This document shows, one piece after another, positions 58,624-64,000 of a stretch of 64,000 nt of DNA. The translations under genes and the position numbers were made by a program. The number at the start of each line of letters is the position of its first letter. The stretch's first letter is position 1. The notes under the pieces were generated by a model, which worked only from the letters and a program-made list of their open reading frames with translations, did not search any database and had not been told where the DNA came from. This DNA is from Candidatus Uhrbacteria bacterium CG10_big_fil_rev_8_21_14_0_10_50_16. Lineage in GTDB: Bacteria > Patescibacteriota > Patescibacteriia > UBA9934 > UBA11717. Location: the NCBI GenBank assembly GCA_002774875.1, contig PCYM01000005.1:1979-65978 (forward strand). Reading direction: 5' to 3'.

Positions 58624-59943
58624 ATGGCAGACAGCAAAGACGTGGCAGCAGATAAAAAGAAAGTAAAAGCATTAGAGACATTGCGTGGTATGCGCGACAT
58701 TCTTCCGGATGAGCAAATCTACTGGGAGTACTTCCGTCGTAAGGCGCGTGAGATTGCGGAAACGTATTCTTACGGCCGCATTGAGACACCGATTTTAGAG
58801 CAGGAGAAATTGTTTAGCCGCACCTTGGGTAAACAAACGGATGTGGTGGAGAAAGAGATGTATTCCTTTGATGATAAAGGTGGAGACAAGGTTGCTCTGC
58901 GACCAGAGGCCACCGCGTCCGTGGTACGCGCCTACATTAATCACGGTATGCTCAACCTCCCTCAGCCGGTAAAGATGTGGTACATGGGACCGATGTTTCG
59001 GTACGATCGTCCACAATCGGGACGGTATCGACAGTTTTATCAGTATGGATTAGAGGTGATTGGTGGAGGAGATTCTGTGGTGGATGCGCAACTTATTTTG
59101 ATCGCAACCAAGTTGTTTGAAGATTTGGGGCTCAAAGTAAAAGTGGAGATTAACTCGATTGGGACCGCCCAAACGCGACAGGAGTATAAGATTGAGTTGG
59201 TGGCCTACGCACGGAAGAACAAAAAAGATTTGTGTGAGGATTGTATGCGTCGTATGGCCAAGAATCCGTTGCGACTCTTGGATTGTAAAGTGCCGGCCTG
59301 TCACGAGGTGATGAAGAACGCGCCACAGATTGTGGATTGGCTGGACGACCCGTCGCGCGATCACTTTATGGAGTTGATTGAATATTTAGATGAAGTTGGT
59401 GTGCCGTATGTGTTGAATCCGCACCTTGTACGTGGGTTGGACTACTACAACCGAACGGTATTTGAGATTGTGCCAGACCGCGGAGATGATTCCGAGCCAG
59501 GGTCGCAATCCGCCCTTGCCGCCGGCGGACGTTATGATGAGTTGGTGGAGATGATGGGAGGACGCGAGGAGACACCGGCCGTTGGATTCGCGGTGGGAAT
59601 CGAGCGTGCTATTTTGGAGATGAAGCAGCAGAACGTGGAACCTCCTGCATTGTCAGCGCCAGATGTGTTCTTTGCCCAGCTTGGAAAGGAGGCGCGTCGG
59701 ACATCGCTGCGCTTGTTTGAAGAGGTACGCGCGGCAGGATTCAATGTAGTGGAGGCGTTTGGGAAGGCAAGCCTCAAGGCACAGTTGGAGAGCGCTAATA
59801 AAGTTGGTGCGCATGTGGCCGTGATTTTGGGCCAGCAAGAAGTGCAAGATGATACAATTATTGTGCGAGATATGGATTCGGGGTCGCAAGAAACGATTCC
59901 GATTGAGAAGTTGATCGACAACCTCAAACGCATCCTCAAGTAA
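58624..59943 (+). CDS. hisS: Histidine--tRNA ligase
   Basis: LRPEATA, RPQSGRYRQF, VRGLDYY and GGRYD motifs. Confidence 0.97.
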   Translation: MADSKDVAADKKKVKALETLRGMRDILPDEQIYWEYFRRKAREIAETYSYGRIETPILEQEKLFSRTLGKQTDVVEKEMYSFDDKGGDKVALRPEATASVVRAYINHGMLNLPQPVKMWYMGPMFRYDRPQSGRYRQFYQYGLEVIGGGDSVVDAQLILIATKLFEDLGLKVKVEINSIGTAQTRQEYKIELVAYARKNKKDLCEDCMRRMAKNPLRLLDCKVPACHEVMKNAPQIVDWLDDPSRDHFMELIEYLDEVGVPYVLNPHLVRGLDYYNRTVFEIVPDRGDDSEPGSQSALAAGGRYDELVEMMGGREETPAVGFAVGIERAILEMKQQNVEPPALSAPDVFFAQLGKEARRTSLRLFEEVRAAGFNVVEAFGKASLKAQLESANKVGAHVAVILGQQEVQDDTIIVRDMDSGSQETIPIEKLIDNLKRILK

Positions 59944-59963
59944 TAAAAACACCACCCGCGAGG

Positions 59964-61144
59964 GTGGTGTTTGTGATAAGATTTGATTAAGTGTCGATGG
60001 ATCGTGAAGAATTGTTGAGGATTAAGATAAGTTTATGGATAATACGGAATTGAATAACGAAATCATTATTTATACTGGCGACGGTGGTCAGCCGATTATT
60101 CAGGTACGAATTGAAGGGGAGACCGTGTGGCTTAGTCAAACGCAATTGGCAGAATTATTCGACACGACGAAACAAAACGTCAGCCTTCATATTCAGAATA
60201 TTTACGAAGAAGGCGAGTTAACAAAAGAAGCAACTGTCAAGGAATACTTGATTGTTCAAAAAGAGGGGAATAGGGAGGTTTCACGACGGATTGAACATTA
60301 TAGTCTCGATCTTATTATTTCTCTTGGCTATCGCGTTAGATCGAAGATTGCTACACATTTTCGCCAATGGGCCACGGCACGACTTCGTGAGTATATCGTG
60401 AAAGGCTTTACAATGGACGATGAACGGTTAAAAGGAAATGGCGGCGGACAGTATTGGAAAGAACTTCTTGATCGCATTCGCGATATTCGTTCCAGCGAAA
60501 AGATGCTTTATCGTCAAGTGCTTGATTTGTATGCGACGAGTATTGATTATGATCCGAAAAGTACTGAGTCAATAATATTTTTTAAAGTCGTGCAAAACAA
60601 ATTGCATTACGCGACGAACCAACACACGGCCGCAGAGACCATCCATGAACGCGCGGATGCAGAAAAAGATTTCATGGGACTTACAACGTTTGCAGGAGCA
60701 ATGCCTGTATTATCAGAAGTTGGGACGGCTAAAAATTATCTGACAGAAGATGAACTTTTCCGTTTAAATCGTCTCGTTTCAGCATTTTTTGATCTTGCAG
60801 AAATTAAAGCACAAGAGCATACAGCAATGCACATGGCCGATTGGGTTGCAGAGCTTGATAAATTTGCAGAGAACTTTGGTAAGGGTGTGCTCACCGATGC
60901 GGGTTCCGTTAGTCACGAACAAGCGAAAAAGAAAGTAGCAGTAGAATATCGTAAGTATCAGGCGAAGACCCTTTCCCCAGTTGAAGAAGCGTATTTGGAG
61001 AGTGTGAAGGCGTTAGGAAAGGAAGTGGAGAAGCGAGTAAAAAAGTAATTCGTCGGTACGTACATCGACTAATTGTTGAGCTCCACACCCCATTATTACA
61101 TTGCGTCTGGAGGGGTTGAGTGGTGTTTGTGATAAGATTTGATT
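59964..61144 (+). repeat. 25-bp direct repeats flanking the rhuM-family gene
   Basis: GTGGTGTTTGTGATAAGATTTGATT at 59964-59988 and 61120-61144. Confidence 0.88.
60035..61048 (+). CDS. Virulence RhuM family protein
   Basis: ETVWLSQ, ISLGYRVRS, FRQWAT, RIRDIRSSEK, VQNKLH and AKNYL motifs. Confidence 0.92.
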   Translation: MDNTELNNEIIIYTGDGGQPIIQVRIEGETVWLSQTQLAELFDTTKQNVSLHIQNIYEEGELTKEATVKEYLIVQKEGNREVSRRIEHYSLDLIISLGYRVRSKIATHFRQWATARLREYIVKGFTMDDERLKGNGGGQYWKELLDRIRDIRSSEKMLYRQVLDLYATSIDYDPKSTESIIFFKVVQNKLHYATNQHTAAETIHERADAEKDFMGLTTFAGAMPVLSEVGTAKNYLTEDELFRLNRLVSAFFDLAEIKAQEHTAMHMADWVAELDKFAENFGKGVLTDAGSVSHEQAKKKVAVEYRKYQAKTLSPVEEAYLESVKALGKEVEKRVKK

Positions 61145-61186
61145 GATGTATTTCAAAATCCTATTTTGTTCTAAGAACATTGTCCT

Positions 61187-61534
61187 ATGAAAACACTGTC
61201 AGATTTAACAACAAAGATTGTAGCTTTTAGGGATGCTCGAGATTGGAAACAGTTTCACAACCCAAAAGATTTAGCACTATCTTTAGTGTTGGAGGCCGCA
61301 GAGGTTATGGAACATTTTCAATGGAAAAATTCAGAAGAAATGGAGAAATATGTCCAAACGAATAAATCTGATATTGGTGATGAACTAGCGGATGTTTTGT
61401 ATTGGGTTTTACTAATGAGCCACGATCTCGATATTGATATTTTAGACGCACTTGAAAAGAAAATATTAAAAAATGAAGCAAAGTACCCGGTCGATAAAGC
61501 AAAAGGGCTGCACACAAAATACACGGAGCTTTAA
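61187..61534 (+). CDS. MazG-like nucleotide pyrophosphohydrolase
   Basis: RDWKQFHNPKDL, EAAEVMEHFQW, DELAD and KYP motifs. Confidence 0.92.
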   Translation: MKTLSDLTTKIVAFRDARDWKQFHNPKDLALSLVLEAAEVMEHFQWKNSEEMEKYVQTNKSDIGDELADVLYWVLLMSHDLDIDILDALEKKILKNEAKYPVDKAKGLHTKYTEL

Positions 61535-61535
61535 T

Positions 61536-63122
61536 ATGCAGGCCATAAAGACATTTGCTTTTTCTGATAGCGGCTTTGAAACAATTAAAAAAGATCATTA
61601 TGGTTTAGATTGGCCGGTTGTTTATTTTATTGAAAATGGGAAGGAGGCTTATATTGGAGAGACAATCCACCTTTATTATAGGAGCAAGGAGCATTATAAA
61701 AATAAGGAGAGACAAAGATTGCATCAAGTTCATGTTGTGACAGATGAGGAATATAACAAGTCTGCAGCACTTGATATTGAATCTTGGTTAATTCAATACA
61801 TTGCAGCAGATGGTATTTTTAAATTACAAAATGGCAATGCAGGGTTAAAGAATCATGAATATTTTGATCGGGAAAAATATTTATCAAAATTTGAGAATGG
61901 CATTTGGCCTAAGCTAGTAAAGATGGGTCTTGCGAAGAATAATCTAGTCCAATTAAAAAATAGCGACCTTTTTAAGTATTCACCTTACAAAACGTTATCT
62001 GCAGACCAAATAGCATTTGTAGAGGCTCTTGTGGATGAAATAGCTCAAGAGAAATTAACGTTTGTGGTGCGTGGAAGACCGGGGACCGGCAAGACTATCG
62101 TGGCAGTATATTTAATGAAATATTTGAAGGAAGATAGTCGCACGTCGCATCTAAAAGTGGGCTTGGTTATTCCGATGACTTCATTGCGTAAAACGTTAAA
62201 GAATGTTTTTAAAAATATTGTGGGGCTGTCACCTTCAATGGTGATTGGTCCGGCTGATACAGTAAAAGCAGAGTATGATTTGTTGTTAGTTGATGAGACG
62301 CATAGGCTGCGACGTAGAAAAAATATTACTAACTATAAGGCTTTTGATGACATAAATCGTCATTTTGGATTTGAGAATACCGGCACCGAACTAGATTGGA
62401 TTCAAGCATCTGCTATGAAACAAGTTTACTTTTATGATGAGCAGCAGAGTGTCAGACCTTCTGACATTAGACCTTCTCAAATTGCACGTCTGCAGGCAAA
62501 GGAGTTCACGTTGCAGTCTCAAATGAGAGTAAGAGGCGGAGAGAGATATCTGGCGTTTATTGATAGTTTATTTGGTGACGGAGACATTCGTTCTGTAGAT
62601 TTTCCTCAATATGATCTCAGGATGTATGAAGATATTTCTTTGATGGTAAAAGAAATAAAGGAAAAAGATGAAGCCGTGGGTCTCGCGCGTATGGTTGCTG
62701 GATACGCTTGGTCGTGGAAGACGAGGAATTTAAAACCTCACGATGAAGGATTTGATATAGAAATAGATGGGGAAAAATTGCGTTGGAATTCTACAAATGC
62801 TGATTGGGTTAACTCGGAAAATGCAGTGAACGAAGTTGGATGTATTCATACTGTACAGGGGTATGATCTCAATTATGTTGGGGTGATTATTGGTCCGGAA
62901 CTAAAATGGGTAGACGGTAAGTTTGTACTTGATAGGTCGAGCTACTTTGATAAGAATGGACATAGAGGGGTTGAAAACGAAGAGGAGATTATTGGGTATG
63001 TGTTGAATATATATAAAACCTTACTCACTCGTGGAATTATCGGTACATTTATCTATGTGGTGGATCCCGGATTACGCAATTATCTAAAAAATATTTTAAA
63101 TCAAGCCCCAAAACCTCAATAA
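61536..63122 (+). CDS. GIY-YIG nuclease fused to a DUF2075 (Schlafen group 3-like) helicase
   Basis: VVY...AYIGET, GRPGTGKT Walker A, VDETHRL Walker B, HTVQGYDL and LLTRG motifs. Confidence 0.85.
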   Translation: MQAIKTFAFSDSGFETIKKDHYGLDWPVVYFIENGKEAYIGETIHLYYRSKEHYKNKERQRLHQVHVVTDEEYNKSAALDIESWLIQYIAADGIFKLQNGNAGLKNHEYFDREKYLSKFENGIWPKLVKMGLAKNNLVQLKNSDLFKYSPYKTLSADQIAFVEALVDEIAQEKLTFVVRGRPGTGKTIVAVYLMKYLKEDSRTSHLKVGLVIPMTSLRKTLKNVFKNIVGLSPSMVIGPADTVKAEYDLLLVDETHRLRRRKNITNYKAFDDINRHFGFENTGTELDWIQASAMKQVYFYDEQQSVRPSDIRPSQIARLQAKEFTLQSQMRVRGGERYLAFIDSLFGDGDIRSVDFPQYDLRMYEDISLMVKEIKEKDEAVGLARMVAGYAWSWKTRNLKPHDEGFDIEIDGEKLRWNSTNADWVNSENAVNEVGCIHTVQGYDLNYVGVIIGPELKWVDGKFVLDRSSYFDKNGHRGVENEEEIIGYVLNIYKTLLTRGIIGTFIYVVDPGLRNYLKNILNQAPKPQ

Positions 63123-63187
63123 ACAGCCCAGGGTTGACGGATTTGTGGGTGTCTGTTAGAATGCGGCTACGTTGAATCGAGAAAACT

Positions 63188-63436
63188 ATGTTTGAAGTCA
63201 AACGAAAACAAGGAGAAAGCTTTGATGGGATGTACCGACGTTTCCAGCGTCGCATCCAAAAAGGCGGACTCGTTAAAGAAGTGCGCCGACGTCGGTATGA
63301 TGACCCGACGCCGAACTTTACTGGACGTAAGTTCAAAAAAGTTCGTGGAATCAAAATCGCTCTTAAGCGTGGATGGTTGATTAAAACCGGAAAGGCAACA
63401 GAGGAAGATTTTCGTCCAAAGCGTCGTCGTCGATAA
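63188..63436 (+). CDS. rpsU: 30S ribosomal protein S21
   Basis: Basic protein with ESFD.MYRRF; upstream of yqeY as is usual. Confidence 0.8.
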   Translation: MFEVKRKQGESFDGMYRRFQRRIQKGGLVKEVRRRRYDDPTPNFTGRKFKKVRGIKIALKRGWLIKTGKATEEDFRPKRRRR

Positions 63437-63500
63437 TCAAAGCCCCCGAAAGGGGGTTTTGTGCTATGCTGGGTCTATTGAAGTTAATTATCTCTTTTGT

Positions 63501-63950
63501 ATGTCTATTCAAGAAAAAATTTCCGAGGATTTAAAGACGGCCATGAAGGCACGTCAGGCGGATGTGGTTACGTCCCTCCGTGGATTGCAATCAGCGCTTA
63601 AAAATAAGCAGATCGAACTTCAGCGTGATTTGGAGGAGTCGGAAGTTTTGGAGGTACTCAAGTCGTCGAGCAAACAGTTAAAGGATGCCATGCAGGATTT
63701 TGTGAAAGGGGAGCGACAAGACCTCATCAGCAAAACCCAGGCGGAGTTGGACCTGATTGCGCAGTTTTTGCCAACGCCAATGGAGCGCGCACAAATTCGT
63801 GAGCACGTGGTCAAGATCGCCTCGGAGGTCGGTGCAACCACGCTTGCCGATATGGGTAAGTTGATGGGGGCCGTGGTAAAGGCGATTGGCGCCACGGCAA
63901 ACGGGGACGACGTCCGCAAAGAAGTAGATGCGTTTTTAAAAGAGGAATAG
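63501..63950 (+). CDS. yqeY: GatB/YqeY domain protein
   Basis: DLKTAMKA, QFLP and DMGKLMG motifs. Confidence 0.9.
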   Translation: MSIQEKISEDLKTAMKARQADVVTSLRGLQSALKNKQIELQRDLEESEVLEVLKSSSKQLKDAMQDFVKGERQDLISKTQAELDLIAQFLPTPMERAQIREHVVKIASEVGATTLADMGKLMGAVVKAIGATANGDDVRKEVDAFLKEE

Positions 63951-64000
63951 TAATAAAAAGAAACGGGGATCATAAATCCTCGTTTTTTTTGTGATAAAAT

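Noticed and set aside
310-63973. Numerous antisense or alternate-frame ORFs over core genes (e.g. 329-1039, 2790-3494, 16813-17487, 35710-36438)
   Set aside because: They overlap well-identified genes and have no motifs or start signals.
1-64000. Alternative genetic code (TGA=Gly, or TAG reassignment)
   Set aside because: Conserved genes are uninterrupted in code 11, and TGA and TAG both end bona fide genes (e.g. comEC, alr, parA; leuS, fusA).

Overview
This is a core chromosomal region of a small-genome bacterium using the standard code 11. It is most likely Patescibacteria/CPR (inference): rpmD/L30 is missing between rpsE and rplO, native genes lack Shine-Dalgarno sequences, AspRS and RelA are compact, and ComEC is split. 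Housekeeping content is trxA-trxB, leuS, comEC (two parts), ndk, the str/S10/spc ribosomal superoperon through secY-adk-map, yqgF-recO-asnS, aspS-scpAB, three tRNAs, parAB, relA/spoT, topA-dprA-pth-der, lepB-hisS and rpsU-yqeY. The most notable features are: (1) a ~185-aa serine hydrolase with an apparently intact triad inserted in-frame at the start of the LeuRS CP1 editing domain; (2) a free-standing structured RNA candidate with its own promoter (8784-8938) and a ~395-nt structured spacer between rpsJ and rplC; (3) an AT-rich island of rhuM, a MazG-like gene and a GIY-YIG/DUF2075 gene, with 25-bp direct repeats flanking rhuM; (4) several lone genes carrying GGAG(G) SD sequences, including a predicted beta-barrel, two of which end in near-identical hairpins; (5) two uORF/hairpin attenuator-like leaders; (6) several palindromic repeat families and a 182-bp tRNA-Leu-linked duplication. 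All calls come from reading motifs by eye. No searches or folding programs were run.
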